Assembly (NCBI GenBank): GCA_041690135.1
Contig: JAWLHY010000004.1
Coordinates: 288,001-352,000 of the forward strand
DNA length: 64,000 nucleotides
Direction of reading: 5' to 3'
Source of the DNA: Armatimonadota bacterium
GTDB lineage: Bacteria; Armatimonadota; SYMT01
Part shown: piece after piece, positions 1-10,377 of the stretch
How positions within the stretch are numbered: position 1 is the first letter of the stretch
Layout: each line of letters begins with the position of its first letter
The notes under the pieces: model-generated
The model's input: the letters and a program-made list of their open reading frames with translations, nothing else
What the model was told of the DNA's origin: nothing
The model's database searches: none
Made by a program: the position numbers and the translations under genes

Positions 1-1136
1 TGCGGGTAGTGCCAGTAGAGCGGGCGGGGCGATGGCCGGCCCTGGCCCCGGAGCACCGGCAGCAGGCTTATACCGTCGAGCACCTGGCCCGGCTCCTTCT
101 TGACCCCGGCGGCCTCGATCAGCGTCGGGTAGAGATCCACGGTGATGGCGGGCGTGTCGGTGGTGCGGCCGGCGCGAATCTTGCCCGGCCACCGGACGAT
201 GAGCGGCACGCGGACGCCCCCCTCGTAGGTGGAGCCCTTGCCGGCGCGCATCCCCAGGTTGGTGGTGCTCCGGAGCAGGCCGCCGTTGTCTGAGGTAAAG
301 ACGACCACCGTGTTCTCGGCAAGGCCCAACTCATCCAGTGCCCGCATGATCCGTCCCATGCTGTCGTCAACGCTCTCAACGAGGGCGGCGTAGGTGGGGT
401 TGGACTGCGGGTCGCCCGGCTGTACCTTCGCGCGGTACTTTTCGATGACTTCCTTCTTCCCCATCAGCGGGGTGTGCACGGCATAGTGCGGCAGGTAGAG
501 GAAGAACGGCCGCTCCCGGTTCTCCCGCATAAAGCACACCGCCTCCTCGCCCTCGCGGTCCGTCAGGAACTCTCCCGCGGGACCGTCCGCCAGCGTCGGA
601 ATGCGGTAGGGGGAAAAGTAGCTGGGAGGCTGGCCGCGGTCGTATCCGCCCACGTTCCGGTCGAAGCCGTGCCGGTCGGGATGATACTCCGGGCCCCCCA
701 GGTGCCACTTGCCGATGCTGGCCGTGGCATACCCCGCCGACTTGAGCGCCTCCGCCAGGGTGCGTTCCTCGTGCGCCAGGTACATCGTCCAGTCCGGCGG
801 GCTTAGCCGGGCGTTCGGGCGCTTATGCCCGGGGATCCAGTCGGTCACGTGGAGGCGGGCGGGGTACTTGCCCGTCAGCAGCGCGGCTCGCGTCGGCGAA
901 CAAACGGTGCACGCGGAGTAAGACCGCGTGAAGCGGAGCCCCTCCTTTGCCAGGCGGTCGATGTTCGGGGTTTCGTAGAACCGGCTGCCGTAACAGCCCA
1001 GGTCCGTCCCGCCGAGGTCGTCGACCAGCACCACCACGAAGTTGGGCGGACGCTGGGCGCCCGTCACGGGGCGCGAGGCCAGCACCCCCGCCAGAAAGAG
1101 GGCGGAGACGAGAAGAGTGGAGAGCGCGCGAGTCAT
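1..1136 (-). CDS. Cys-type sulfatase, secreted (3' end runs off the window)
   Basis: Absent from the ORF track because it has no stop in the window. Manual translation from ATG at 1136: MTRALSTLLVSALFLAG (signal peptide)...RPPNFVVVLVDDLG...TPNIDRLAKEG...VCSPTRAALLTGKYP, the CxPxR formylglycine motif. Confidence 0.93.
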   Translation of the reverse strand, partial: MTRALSTLLVSALFLAGVLASRPVTGAQRPPNFVVVLVDDLGGTDLGCYGSRFYETPNIDRLAKEGLRFTRSYSACTVCSPTRAALLTGKYPARLHVTDWIPGHKRPNARLSPPDWTMYLAHEERTLAEALKSAGYATASIGKWHLGGPEYHPDRHGFDRNVGGYDRGQPPSYFSPYRIPTLADGPAGEFLTDREGEEAVCFMRENRERPFFLYLPHYAVHTPLMGKKEVIEKYRAKVQPGDPQSNPTYAALVESVDDSMGRIMRALDELGLAENTVVVFTSDNGGLLRSTTNLGMRAGKGSTYEGGVRVPLIVRWPGKIRAGRTTDTPAITVDLYPTLIEAAGVKKEPGQVLDGISLLPVLRGQGRPSPRPLYWHYP

Positions 1137-1202
1137 GGCAGCTTGGTCTCGGGGCAGGATAACAATTCAGAAGCCTTCGAAGAATACCGGCTACGTGGTT
1201 CC

Positions 1203-1251
1203 CAGCCGACGCAGGTCGGCTTCGCCGTGTGTAGCCGCGAGTTCACTCGCC
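1203..1251. repeat. REP-like two-hairpin palindromic element
   Basis: Hairpin agccgac-gcag-gtcggct, a linker containing GTAG, then hairpin gcgag-ttca-ctcgc; intergenic. Confidence 0.6.
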
Positions 1252-1281
1252 CAACTGTAGCGGTTATCGTGTGGTAGTCCT

Positions 1282-3498
1282 CTATTGGGCCGGGAGATCC
1301 GGCGGCATCCACGGCGGCAGCGCGGCGACCGAAGCCCGCACCTCCGCACTCGTTGGGACGCCCCACGCCTGGAAGAAAGGCCCCAGGTTGCGGCCGACCC
1401 GGCGGGAGAAGCGGACCAGCCACTGGTCGCGCTTCTCGGCATCGGTGCGCGGGCGTTCCCCCCGTGGGAGCGACCGGTACTCGTGGAACACCTCGCGGAA
1501 CGGGGTCCAGCCGAACCCGTCGATCAACTGGATGTACATCGCCAGGGCCAGGAACGGGTCCTTCTTCCAGTCCTCGAAGCGTGACCCCGCGGCGAAGTAC
1601 TTCCGCACCCGCTCGGTACGCGCGTTCCGGTCCCGGATCGCCGGGTGACCCCCGTCGAACCGGAGGCCAAGCACCTCGGGATAGACGTGCATCGCCAGGA
1701 TGTTGTTCGTCACTTCTCCCGTCCCGTCGAAGGTCCAGTCCGGGCTCTGCAGGTTGTGTCCCAGTTCGTGGAAGTGCCCCCAGGAACCTTCCGCCCGCAG
1801 CCGCCGCTCGTCCATTGCCAGAACGGCGCTGTCATCGATCGGCACCATGATCGGATAGCCGGAATGCATGTAGCCGGCGGAAATCTGGCGGTCGGCCACG
1901 ATCCGCTCCGGCCGGCGGCGGTCCGTACGGCCCACCAGGGCTTCCTGCGCCGAAACAGCCCGGTCCCAGAGCCGCATCAGAGAGTCGGGATGCTCGAGCG
2001 TCCGGATGAGACTACTCGGCACGGTGAAGATCACCCGCTCTCCGGCCAGTTCGGCCCAGGGTGCGGGATGCTGTCTCACCGTCCGTCGCCACTCCGCCGG
2101 GTCCGTTTTCCCCAGGCGGAAGTAGGGAGCTTCCACTGCACCTTCGAGAGTCACTTCGATCTCGCCCGTCCCGCCCCGCTCCGGCACGACCACGTAGAGC
2201 ATCCCGCCGAACGCGCTGCCCACTTCCGTGACCTCGCCAGTCAACGGAGTAGTGCGCGTGAGGGCGGGCACCCGCTTCCAGGCGGCCAGGTGCCAGAGCT
2301 CGTCCGAGTGGCAGCCGATCCGCACGGAAAGCCCCCGGCGCGCGGCCTCCGCGGGAATCCGGATGCTTACCCCGTCGCCCGCCGCCGCGTAGAGGCCGGT
2401 GCTGTGCCATCCGGGCACGGAAAGGTCGATCCGGACCCGGCGGGTGACCCGCGGCGCTCCGGCCGGCACGGCCCCGGGAAAGTCCGCCGCGGCGGGGTGA
2501 GCTTCCCCCTTCGCGAACGGCCCCTGGAGCCCCCGTTCCACGTCCAGCGCCAGGGCCAGGCGCCCCAGGCCGTCCCGGAGCGAGACGGGTCGCTTCTCCG
2601 TCGGAATGAGGGCGTTCCCCGCCGCCGCGCGGAGCTTGCGGACCTGCGCCGCCAGCAGCGGATCGTTCTCCGGCGCACAGCGCACCGCCAGCAAGCCGCT
2701 GCTCACCGCCTGTGCGGTCTCCTCTACGCCCAGGGCCTTCCGCGAAAGCAGCGCTTCCATCGCCGCGCCGCTGTGGACCAGGGCGGAAACCGGTGCCGTC
2801 GTATCGAAGCCCTCGGGAGAGGTCCGCTCCAGGGTGCCGGGAGTCCAGGCCAGGCCCGCTCCGGCGGCCAGCTGGGTGCCCGGGTGCTCCCGGATCGGCT
2901 TCCGCGTGATCTGCGCCCAACCCCACCCGGTGCTCGCCGCCACGACCCCGCCCCCCGCTTCCACGAAGCGCCGGATGACCGGGATCGAGGCGGGCGTGAG
3001 GGCGCCGTGCGTTACCACCAGCACCTCCGCCTGGCCGGGCAGCGCGCCGGCTTCCAATTCCAGCACCGGGAGCCCGGCGCCTTTCAGGTGGTCCCGCAGG
3101 TCCGGCAGGCGAACCACGCCCACCCGCGGCGCCGCGGCATCGCCGGCTGCCCACCGGACCGCGTTCTCCAGGAAACGGCCGGTCTCTCCCACCTGCAGGG
3201 CATCGCGCCCGAAGATGCCGTCGTGCCCGAACGCGACGATCCGGCCCTTCCCCAGGAAGGAAGCCACCCCGAACGGCGCCTGCCCGCTCCGGCCCTCACG
3301 GCCGGCCACCACCACGAAACTGCGCTCGCCGTAGGCCGCCACACTCCCCGGCACCCCCGGCGCGGCAATCCGCCGGACGCCTGTCAGCAGCCTGGCCCGG
3401 TGGTCTCCGGCCTCATCCGCGGTGCCTCCACGCCCACCGACAACGCAGCCGACCGCCAGGGTCAGCAAGAATGATGGTAGGAACCGCCGTCTCTCCAT
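1282..3498 (-). CDS. M60-like (enhancin/TCAF-like) metallopeptidase, secreted
   Basis: WHSTGLYA N-domain motif, APWAEL, GYMHSGYP, WGHFHELGHN (HExxH) and EVTNN. Start moved to ATG 3498 (SD GGAGCGGAGG, followed by a signal peptide). Confidence 0.88.
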   Translation of the reverse strand: MERRRFLPSFLLTLAVGCVVGGRGGTADEAGDHRARLLTGVRRIAAPGVPGSVAAYGERSFVVVAGREGRSGQAPFGVASFLGKGRIVAFGHDGIFGRDALQVGETGRFLENAVRWAAGDAAAPRVGVVRLPDLRDHLKGAGLPVLELEAGALPGQAEVLVVTHGALTPASIPVIRRFVEAGGGVVAASTGWGWAQITRKPIREHPGTQLAAGAGLAWTPGTLERTSPEGFDTTAPVSALVHSGAAMEALLSRKALGVEETAQAVSSGLLAVRCAPENDPLLAAQVRKLRAAAGNALIPTEKRPVSLRDGLGRLALALDVERGLQGPFAKGEAHPAAADFPGAVPAGAPRVTRRVRIDLSVPGWHSTGLYAAAGDGVSIRIPAEAARRGLSVRIGCHSDELWHLAAWKRVPALTRTTPLTGEVTEVGSAFGGMLYVVVPERGGTGEIEVTLEGAVEAPYFRLGKTDPAEWRRTVRQHPAPWAELAGERVIFTVPSSLIRTLEHPDSLMRLWDRAVSAQEALVGRTDRRRPERIVADRQISAGYMHSGYPIMVPIDDSAVLAMDERRLRAEGSWGHFHELGHNLQSPDWTFDGTGEVTNNILAMHVYPEVLGLRFDGGHPAIRDRNARTERVRKYFAAGSRFEDWKKDPFLALAMYIQLIDGFGWTPFREVFHEYRSLPRGERPRTDAEKRDQWLVRFSRRVGRNLGPFFQAWGVPTSAEVRASVAALPPWMPPDLPAQ

Positions 3499-3653
3499 GC
3501 CCTCCGCTCCTCGATACCGGATGGGTGGGCATCCTCTCTGTCCCAGCCACTCCGCTGCTCCACGCTGAGGGTGTATCACCAAACGTTCGGTCCTGAAGGC
3601 AGATTGAAGGTCGCCGCCTGGCATAGGGCCGGAAGAGGAGGGCGTTCCAACAT

Positions 3654-3693
3654 AAAAGGGATGGGGCATGCCTCTCGAGCATGCCCCATCCCC
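3654..3693 (-). terminator. Intrinsic terminator after the DUF1559 gene
   Basis: 15-bp stem agggatggggcatgc/gcatgccccatccct, with a TTTT tail on the minus strand. Confidence 0.8.
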
Positions 3694-3743
3694 TGGTTAC
3701 CTCGGCAGTCCGGGTGCCCCGCCAGGGAACTCCCGTCGAAGCC

Positions 3744-4451
3744 TTAAAGGTCGCCGTCCGCCGTGCTGGTGCCGGGCAGATGGTAGACCGTGTGGAAGTG
3801 GTAGTTCTGGCTCGGCACCTGGGGTTTCAGTGCCTTGACGTGGCCATCCATGAACGCGACGTTGTGCGTTTCACTGTGGCGCACCTGCGGACTACCGATC
3901 CCATTAGTGGTGACGCCTCCGCAGCACTGCAGCGTCGGAGAGTTGCACCCCTGCCGGATGTAGTGCGTGTTGATTTCCAAAACCATTGCCGTGCTGGCGG
4001 GAGCGTCGAACGCCGCCAGCCCCTGCCCATAGGCGAACTGGTTGAGACCATAGTTGGAGCGGTAGTGGTTGCCCGCGGAGTAACCACAGGCGTTGGCCGC
4101 CGGCACTCGGACGCTAGGACAGTAGGCAACCTGTGCATTCTTGAGATAGGGCTCGACCTGTACGTTCCAGTAGACCACCTTGGGCGTACCATCCGGCCAG
4201 ACGCCCTGGGCGTTGGCCACGGCGTGCACGCCCGTAGTCACACAACCGCTTGAGTGGGGCATGGCTTCATCATAGTCCTGGACGTACATCAACAGGCCCG
4301 TGCTGAGCTGCTTCAGGTTCGACCGGCAGGAACTGGCGCGCGCGGCCTCACGTGCACGAGCGAAGACGGGGAACAGGATGGCGGCGAGGATGGCGATAAT
4401 AGCAATAACGACGAGTAATTCGATCAGGGTAAAGCCGTTGCGGCGTCGCAT
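3744..4451 (-). CDS. DUF1559 / prepilin-type N-terminal methylation domain protein with H-X9-DG motif (copy 1)
   Basis: [40 protein letters not shown]; [14 protein letters not shown]; SD GAGGAG. Confidence 0.93.
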   Translation of the reverse strand: MRRRNGFTLIELLVVIAIIAILAAILFPVFARAREAARASSCRSNLKQLSTGLLMYVQDYDEAMPHSSGCVTTGVHAVANAQGVWPDGTPKVVYWNVQVEPYLKNAQVAYCPSVRVPAANACGYSAGNHYRSNYGLNQFAYGQGLAAFDAPASTAMVLEINTHYIRQGCNSPTLQCCGGVTTNGIGSPQVRHSETHNVAFMDGHVKALKPQVPSQNYHFHTVYHLPGTSTADGDL

Positions 4452-4641
4452 AGATGGACTGACTCCTCAAACTCCGGGGATCCACTCAGACCGAATCCCG
4501 GCCTGACACAGACGAAACAGTATGTACGGCACACCTGGAGAACGAATTATAATTTTTGGTTGAGTAATGCCAGCGATCATGAATGGACTAGATAGTTGCT
4601 GCGCGCCCAATTGCCGATCTGATTGCCTGCCTAAGAGGCAG

Positions 4642-4681
4642 ATAATAAGAAGGGGGCCGCGCGATAGCGCAGCCCCCTTCT
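4642..4681 (-). terminator. Intrinsic terminator after DUF1559 copy 2
   Basis: Stem agaagggggc.gcgc/gcgc.gcccccttct, with a T-rich tail on the minus strand. Confidence 0.7.
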
Positions 4682-4703
4682 GCTAGCAGCGAGGAACTCA
4701 GAA

Positions 4704-5411
4704 CTAGAGGTCGCCGTCGGGACCGCCCGTGCCGGCCGGATGGTAACGGGTGTGGAAGTGGTAGTTGGGACCGGCAATCTGGGTCTTCAGGGCCTTGACG
4801 TGTCCGTCCATGAACGCCACGTTGTGGGTCTCGCTATGGCGGACTTGAGGCGAGTAGATCCCATTGACCATCGTCCCCGCACAACACTGCTGCGCCGGAT
4901 TATTGCAGAGCTGTCGCGTGTAGTGCTGGTTACCTTCCACCAGCATGGCGGTGCTGGCCGGAGTGTCGAACGCGGCCAGCGACTGCCCGTAGGCATACTG
5001 GTTTACGCTGTAGTTGCTGCGGTAGGCTCCGGCGACGGTCTGCCCGCAAGTGCTATTCGCCGGCTGACGCACGCTGGGGCAGTAGGCCACCTGGGTGTTC
5101 TTGATATAGGGTTCGACCTGAACATTCCAGTAAACGATCTTGGCGGATCCATCCGGCCACGTGCCCTGCGCTCGTGCGGGGTCGTGGAGGCCCGTGGCCA
5201 CGCAGCCACTCGTATGGACCATCGTTTCGTCGTAGTCCTGGATGTACATCAGGATTCCCGTGCTTAGCTGCTTCAGGTTCGAGCGACAGGAACTGGCGCG
5301 CGCGGCCTCGCGGGCCCGGGCGAAGACCGGGAAGAGAATGGCGGCCAGGATGGCGATAATGGCGATCACGACGAGTAATTCGATCAGGGTAAAGCCGTGG
5401 CGGCGTCGCAT
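4704..5411 (-). CDS. DUF1559 / prepilin-type H-X9-DG protein (copy 2, tandem paralog)
   Basis: Same motifs as copy 1. Start at ATG 5411 (SD GAGGAG). Both copies are 708 nt, offset by exactly 960 bp. Confidence 0.93.
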   Translation of the reverse strand: MRRRHGFTLIELLVVIAIIAILAAILFPVFARAREAARASSCRSNLKQLSTGILMYIQDYDETMVHTSGCVATGLHDPARAQGTWPDGSAKIVYWNVQVEPYIKNTQVAYCPSVRQPANSTCGQTVAGAYRSNYSVNQYAYGQSLAAFDTPASTAMLVEGNQHYTRQLCNNPAQQCCAGTMVNGIYSPQVRHSETHNVAFMDGHVKALKTQIAGPNYHFHTRYHPAGTGGPDGDL

Positions 5412-5667
5412 AGGGGGACAATCTCCTCTAAACACCGGGGCATCAACATTGAACCCGACCCCGGCCTCATGCAGATGGGACAATATTTGCGATTAAGCCT
5501 CCTTTAAGAGTGGTTTTATGGGTTGAGTTATAGTTGGCTCATTACCGTATAAGGATAGCCGGTTTGCGGTCGTCACCCAACAATGACCGTCAGCCGGCAA
5601 CCAGAGCGAAAACCGGACAGCGCGGTCGTGCGGTCCGGTTTTCGTGAAGGATGACTGCTACCCCAAT

Positions 5668-7161
5668 CTATCCTGGTGCGCCTACCACGCCGCCGGAGTG
5701 GTCCTGGGGCGGAGGCGGCCAGTGGACACCGCGCTGGCCGGAGAGGCCCCGGTCCGGCTTTGGCTCGTAGGGCTGCTCCGGAAAACCAGCGAGCTTTCCG
5801 TCGCGGAGCCAGGTCTCGTCGCTGCCGTACAGCTCCCGGACGAGAATCCCGGTGAGCCGCTCCCGCACCTCGACATGTTCGGGAGAGGTCGAGAGATCGC
5901 GCAGCTCCTGGGGATCTCCTTCCAGGTCGAACAACTGGCGGTGGTTGCCGACCGGATAGTAGATCAGCTTGTGACGGGCGTCGCGGACCATCCGGGTGGC
6001 GGTGGCGTTCTCTCCTACTTCGCCGTAGAGATGCTCCCGGCGCTCCGGGCCGACCATGGAGATTCCGTCTACCGTGGCGGGTACCTCGATCCCTGCCAGG
6101 TCTAGAAGGGTCGGCATAATGTCAGCCCAGGCTACGAGGCGATCATCGACCCGGTTGAACCCGACCCGCCGGTCGCCGGACGTGCCCAGCAGGATCATGG
6201 GCACGTTGGCGGAATCCTCGTAGAAGAGGCGCTTGGCCCAAAGGCCGTGATTCCCCAGCATGTCACCGTGATCGGCGGTAAAGAGGAGGACCGTATTGTC
6301 CAAGAGTCCTTCTTCCCGCAGCGTGCCGATCACGAGCCGCAGTTGGTGGTCGATGTGGGTGCAGAGGGCATAGAAAGCTCGCCGGATCCACCGCACGCGG
6401 TGGGCAGTGGCCTCGCCCCACTTCTGCCGGACGGCTTCCAGCGCATAGGGGAGACTATCCCCCTCCGCCGCTCGCGCCCATTCACCCACATACGGCTCCG
6501 GCGGCTCCACGTCCCGGTAGAAGTCAAGGTACCACTGCGGCGGCACGAGCGGCGGATGCGGATGGCAATAGGAGAGGAACCAGAAGCCCGGCCGCGTGGG
6601 ATCGCGGCGGCGGATTAGCCGCGCCATCTGCTGGGTGGTCCAGTTAGTGACGTGGAGCGCCTCTTCCAGGTGCCAGGGCCGGTAGCTGTACTCGTTGTTG
6701 CTCATCCCGTGGTCGAAGGCCTGGCCCGGCACGCCCCGGTCCCCCAAGAAGATCTGGTAGTCGTCCAGACCACCCAACTGCGACCGCCCCTCTTCCGCCA
6801 GCAGCACGTCGTCGAACCCCACCCGGTGCCGCTGCGGGTAGACGTGCAGCTTGCCCACCGCATAGGCCTGGTAACCGGCATCCCGGAACGTCTGCGCCAG
6901 GGTCGGCACCGCCGGCATCGGCTCTAGGACCTTGAACACGCGGTCGCCGTGGGTCCGCGGCGAGGTGCCCGTCATCAACGTCCGCCGCGCCGGAATGCAG
7001 ACGGGGCACTCGCTGTAAGCGTTCGTGAACCGCGCCCCGCTTCGTGCCAACTGGTCGAGCGTGGGCGTCTGCACCGCCGGGTGCCCCGCCACCCCCAGGT
7101 ACGAGCCCGGCCAGTGGTCGGCAGTGATCAGGAGAACGTGGGGAGATTGGGCGTTGGGCAT
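5668..7161 (-). CDS. Cys-type sulfatase (choline-sulfatase/arylsulfatase-like, no signal peptide)
   Basis: PHVLLITADH, CIPARRTLMTG, GKLH, FTADHGDMLG. Start trimmed to ATG 7161 because the upstream extension is heptamer repeat. Confidence 0.92.
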   Translation of the reverse strand: MPNAQSPHVLLITADHWPGSYLGVAGHPAVQTPTLDQLARSGARFTNAYSECPVCIPARRTLMTGTSPRTHGDRVFKVLEPMPAVPTLAQTFRDAGYQAYAVGKLHVYPQRHRVGFDDVLLAEEGRSQLGGLDDYQIFLGDRGVPGQAFDHGMSNNEYSYRPWHLEEALHVTNWTTQQMARLIRRRDPTRPGFWFLSYCHPHPPLVPPQWYLDFYRDVEPPEPYVGEWARAAEGDSLPYALEAVRQKWGEATAHRVRWIRRAFYALCTHIDHQLRLVIGTLREEGLLDNTVLLFTADHGDMLGNHGLWAKRLFYEDSANVPMILLGTSGDRRVGFNRVDDRLVAWADIMPTLLDLAGIEVPATVDGISMVGPERREHLYGEVGENATATRMVRDARHKLIYYPVGNHRQLFDLEGDPQELRDLSTSPEHVEVRERLTGILVRELYGSDETWLRDGKLAGFPEQPYEPKPDRGLSGQRGVHWPPPPQDHSGGVVGAPG

Positions 7162-7220
7162 GGGAACGATCCGCGAATTTGGCAAATGGAGCGAATAGGC
7201 ATTCGGGAAGTCAGGCGTTC

Positions 7221-7251
7221 GGGCATTGGGCATTGGGCATTGAGCATTGGG
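7221..7251. repeat. Heptamer tandem repeat (GGGCATT)n
   Basis: About 4.5 copies visible directly in the sequence. Confidence 0.85.
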
Positions 7252-7402
7252 TGCTCAGGCCCCGTGCGGGGGTGAATATTCCGGCAGTGTCCGCGCTCGT
7301 CATTGCGAGGAGCGATAAATCCGCACCAACTTCTCAGTCCCGATGAGTCCCACACCGAAGCACCCGGGTTCCAGAAACAGAACCCGTCAGCGACGTGGCA
7401 AG

Positions 7403-7665
7403 CCCCCTGGTCAGGGCACCTGTCATTACACGGGACTCGTCATGCTCATCCTGATCCTAATCCACCCTGCCCCCTGGCCAGGATACCCGCCATTACACGG
7501 TACTCTTATCCTTATCCTGATCCATTCCGCCCCTGGTCAGGGCACCCGTCATAAGCCGGGACTCTTTATCCTTATAATGGTCCTAATCCATCCGACCCTG
7601 GTCAGGGCACCTGTATTGACCCGGATCTGAATCTTCTTCCTAATCCGCGTCCTAATCCAGTTCGG
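7403..7665. repeat. Degenerate tandem repeat, 4 units of 59-67 bp
   Basis: Core ccctggtcagggcacc (one variant) at 7405, 7472, 7531 and 7596, each followed by related atcct(a/g)atcc-rich sequence. Confidence 0.85.
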
Positions 7666-7672
7666 CTCGCGC

Positions 7673-8188
7673 TTACATCCGGTTCGGACGAACCAGGTAT
7701 TGCAAGGCAGCACGGAGGGAGTCGAAGGCGAGGTCCTCGAGCCGTACTTCCGCAAGGGGTAGCAAAACGTAGCCGGCGATTTCGTCCGAGGTGACCACCT
7801 TCTCCAGCGAGGGTACCCGGCCGGTGAAGTAGAGATCGAGCACCTGGTAATCGATGCCCCGGTAGGGGTAGACGTTCGGGAAGGAGGCCAGGTACTGCAG
7901 CGGACCGAGTTGCAGACCCAGCTCTTCCTCCACTTCGCGCCGAACCGTCTCCTCCGCGCTCTCTCCGGGACTGACGAAGCCGCCGGGGATGCCCAGCTTT
8001 CCCTGGTGCGGATTCTTCGCCCGGCGCACGAAGAGGATCCGTCCCTGGTCGTCCTGGAGGAGCGCGCCCGCCGCCGAGGCGATGTTGTGATGGTAGTGGA
8101 ACCCGCAGGCGTCGCAGGTGTAGGCGTTGCTCTCGGTTGGGAGGAAACCCTTATGGGCACAATGGGGACAGTACTGGAACAGAGTCAT
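7673..8188 (-). CDS. NUDIX hydrolase with N-terminal zinc ribbon
   Basis: CPHC...CDACG; Nudix box GFVSPGESAEETVRREVEEELG. Confidence 0.93.
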   Translation of the reverse strand: MTLFQYCPHCAHKGFLPTESNAYTCDACGFHYHHNIASAAGALLQDDQGRILFVRRAKNPHQGKLGIPGGFVSPGESAEETVRREVEEELGLQLGPLQYLASFPNVYPYRGIDYQVLDLYFTGRVPSLEKVVTSDEIAGYVLLPLAEVRLEDLAFDSLRAALQYLVRPNRM

Positions 8189-8356
8189 CAGTTCGCTGGG
8201 GCGTATTGCGTATTGCGTAAGGGGAACCCCTGTGGAAACGAGAGCCTCTGCGGCTTAACAGGGCAATAGAGTGTGGATGGTGTGTTGCGTAGCGGGAGCC
8301 CTGGCGGGCGGGAGAGGTCAGGCTCACACGCCGCAAGTCGGGTAAACGGAATCCCC

Positions 8357-8402
8357 CAATTTGCAATTTGCAATTTGCAATTCTCAATCTGCAATTTGCA
8401 AT
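8357..8402. repeat. Heptamer tandem repeat (CAATTTG)n
   Basis: About 6.5 degenerate copies just downstream of the mmsA stop. Confidence 0.85.
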
Positions 8403-8416
8403 CCCCGGTAGAAAGT

Positions 8417-9877
8417 TCAGCTCATCCAGTCCCGCTGGGGCGCGCTCCACTTGCGGGTGATCTTCCGGAGTTGGGTCCAGAACGCGACGCCGTCCTCACC
8501 CGTGATATCGCCCGCGCCGAATTTAGACCGGTTCCACCCGCCGAAGGGGAACGGATCGCGGGGCACGGGCACACCGATGTTGATTCCCACCATTCCCGCG
8601 CCGGCCTTCTGCTCGAAGTACGCCGCCGCGCCGCCGCTGGTCGTGTAGATGGAAGCGGCATTCCCGTAAGGACTGCGGTTTTCGAGAGCCAGGGCGGCAT
8701 CGAGCGTATCCACACGGACCACAGAGAGGACCGGGCCGAAGATCTCGTCCCGGAGGCACTCGTCGTCGGGGGAGAGACGATCGATGATCGTTGGTCCCAC
8801 GTAGAAACCACCGGGTTTCCCCTCCACGCCGGCGCCTCGACCGTCCAGCCGGATCTCCGCCCCGCGCGCCTCCGCCCGGTCGACGTAGGAGACGATGCGG
8901 TCGCGGGCCGCCGCGCTGATGATCGCCCCCAACTCGCACCCGGTGCGAAGCTGCCGGGCCTCTTCCACGATGGCGTCGAGGATCCGCTCGGTGGTGGCGC
9001 CCTCACCCACCAGAATCAACACGCTCGCGGCCATGCAGCGCTGCCCCGCGCAGCCCATGGCGGAGCTGACCACGTTCCGGGCCGTCACCTCCACTTCGGC
9101 GTCCGGCATCACGACCAGGTGGTTTTTGGCGCCGCCCAGCGCGAGTACCCGTTTCCCGGCCGCCGTGCCCCGCCGGTAGACCTGCTCCGCCGCCGGGGTG
9201 GAGCCCACGAACGCCGCGGCCGCCACGCCGGGATGGTCGAGCAGGGCGGCGGCGGTGTCGCGGTCGCCATGGATCACGTTGAAGATCCCGTCCGGGAGGC
9301 CCGCCTCGCGGAACAGCTCCGCCAGCAGGAGCGGGGTGAGCGGGACCTGTTCCGAAGGCTTGAGCAGGAAAGCGTTGCCACAGGCGATGGCGATCGGGAA
9401 CATCCACATCGGCACCATCGCGGGGAAATTGAACGGCGTAATCCCGGCGACCACGCCCAGCGGGCTCCGGCGGGTGTAGCAGTCGACCCCGGAGCTCACT
9501 TCCAGGATCCGGCCGGTCCCTAGGCTGGGAAGGGCGGCGGCATACTCCACCACTTCCAGGCCGCGCCGGATCCCGGCTTCCGACTCGGCGGGGGTCTTTC
9601 CGTTCTCGCGGGTGACCAGCTCGGAGAGCTCCGCGATCCGCTCTTCGACAAGTTGTTTGAACCGGAAGAGCGGCTGAACCCGCTCCTTCACCGGCACCGC
9701 GCTCCAGCTTACATAGGCGTCCTGGGCAGCCCGGACCGCCCGGTCGACCAGCGCCGCATCCGCCGGGGAGACGCTGCCAAGATCGCTCCCGTCCGGGGGA
9801 GACACCACCCGGATGAGCCGCTCACCCGGCTCTGAAACCGGTCTGCCGTTGATGAAGTGGGGGATAAGTTGGTTCAA
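8417..9877 (-). CDS. mmsA: CoA-acylating methylmalonate/malonate-semialdehyde dehydrogenase (IolA-like)
   Basis: ITPFNFPAMVPMW, LKPSE, FVGST, GGAKNH, GCAGQRCMA, EIFGPV, GINIGVPVP; TTG start. Confidence 0.93.
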   Translation of the reverse strand: MNQLIPHFINGRPVSEPGERLIRVVSPPDGSDLGSVSPADAALVDRAVRAAQDAYVSWSAVPVKERVQPLFRFKQLVEERIAELSELVTRENGKTPAESEAGIRRGLEVVEYAAALPSLGTGRILEVSSGVDCYTRRSPLGVVAGITPFNFPAMVPMWMFPIAIACGNAFLLKPSEQVPLTPLLLAELFREAGLPDGIFNVIHGDRDTAAALLDHPGVAAAAFVGSTPAAEQVYRRGTAAGKRVLALGGAKNHLVVMPDAEVEVTARNVVSSAMGCAGQRCMAASVLILVGEGATTERILDAIVEEARQLRTGCELGAIISAAARDRIVSYVDRAEARGAEIRLDGRGAGVEGKPGGFYVGPTIIDRLSPDDECLRDEIFGPVLSVVRVDTLDAALALENRSPYGNAASIYTTSGGAAAYFEQKAGAGMVGINIGVPVPRDPFPFGGWNRSKFGAGDITGEDGVAFWTQLRKITRKWSAPQRDWMS

Positions 9878-10059
9878 CGTTGGCCGCTCCCCTGGATGGT
9901 ATTGCGTAATGCGTGATGCGTATTCCGAACCCGGAGATCAGGGCCGTTACGTTGTGTCAGTGATGCGCATCTGTTCGCGGGCAAGGCTGGGGGGTGGACG
10001 CTCTCCCAATTGCCGTTTCGGCATCCACACTGTTCCTGCTCACCAACACCTACAGCCGC

Positions 10060-10377
10060 CTATTCGGTGGCCTGCCATAATTCCGGCAGCGTTTCCACTT
10101 CGAGCGCGCGCTCGAGGAGCGTGGCACACCCCTCCGCATCAGTATGCTCGATCCGCCGCACCCACTCGTACGGAAGTTCCCCAAACCGTTTCCGCAGCAA
10201 TCGGAAGCACAGCGCGCGGGCTTCCTCAACGCGCCCCTCTTCGCGCCCCTCTTCGCGCCCCTCTTCGCGCCCCTCTTCGCGCCCCTTCTCAAGACCTTCG
10301 GTGCGGGCTCGAAGGTCAGCTTCCGCCAGACGCTCGGCGATACGCTCGCCAATCAGCCCCATCTCTTCCAGCTTCAT
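10060..10377 (-). CDS. Putative internally translated C-terminal product (RpnS-type antitoxin), 105 aa
   Basis: In-frame ATG at 10377 preceded by GGGAGGA-CGTC on the minus strand, immediately before the repeat/DUF4351 part. Confidence 0.5.
   Translation of the reverse strand: MKLEEMGLIGERIAERLAEADLRARTEGLEKGREEGREEGREEGREEGRVEEARALCFRLLRKRFGELPYEWVRRIEHTDAEGCATLLERALEVETLPELWQATE

Noticed and set aside
3744-5411. DGR template/variable repeat pair (two similar genes plus an RT in the window)
   Set aside because: Both copies are full genes with SD and terminator, and differences affect all bases including synonymous sites rather than only adenines. The RT is rvt-like and no avd is seen.
7403-7665. 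CRISPR array
   Set aside because: The would-be spacers are homologous to each other and low-complexity.
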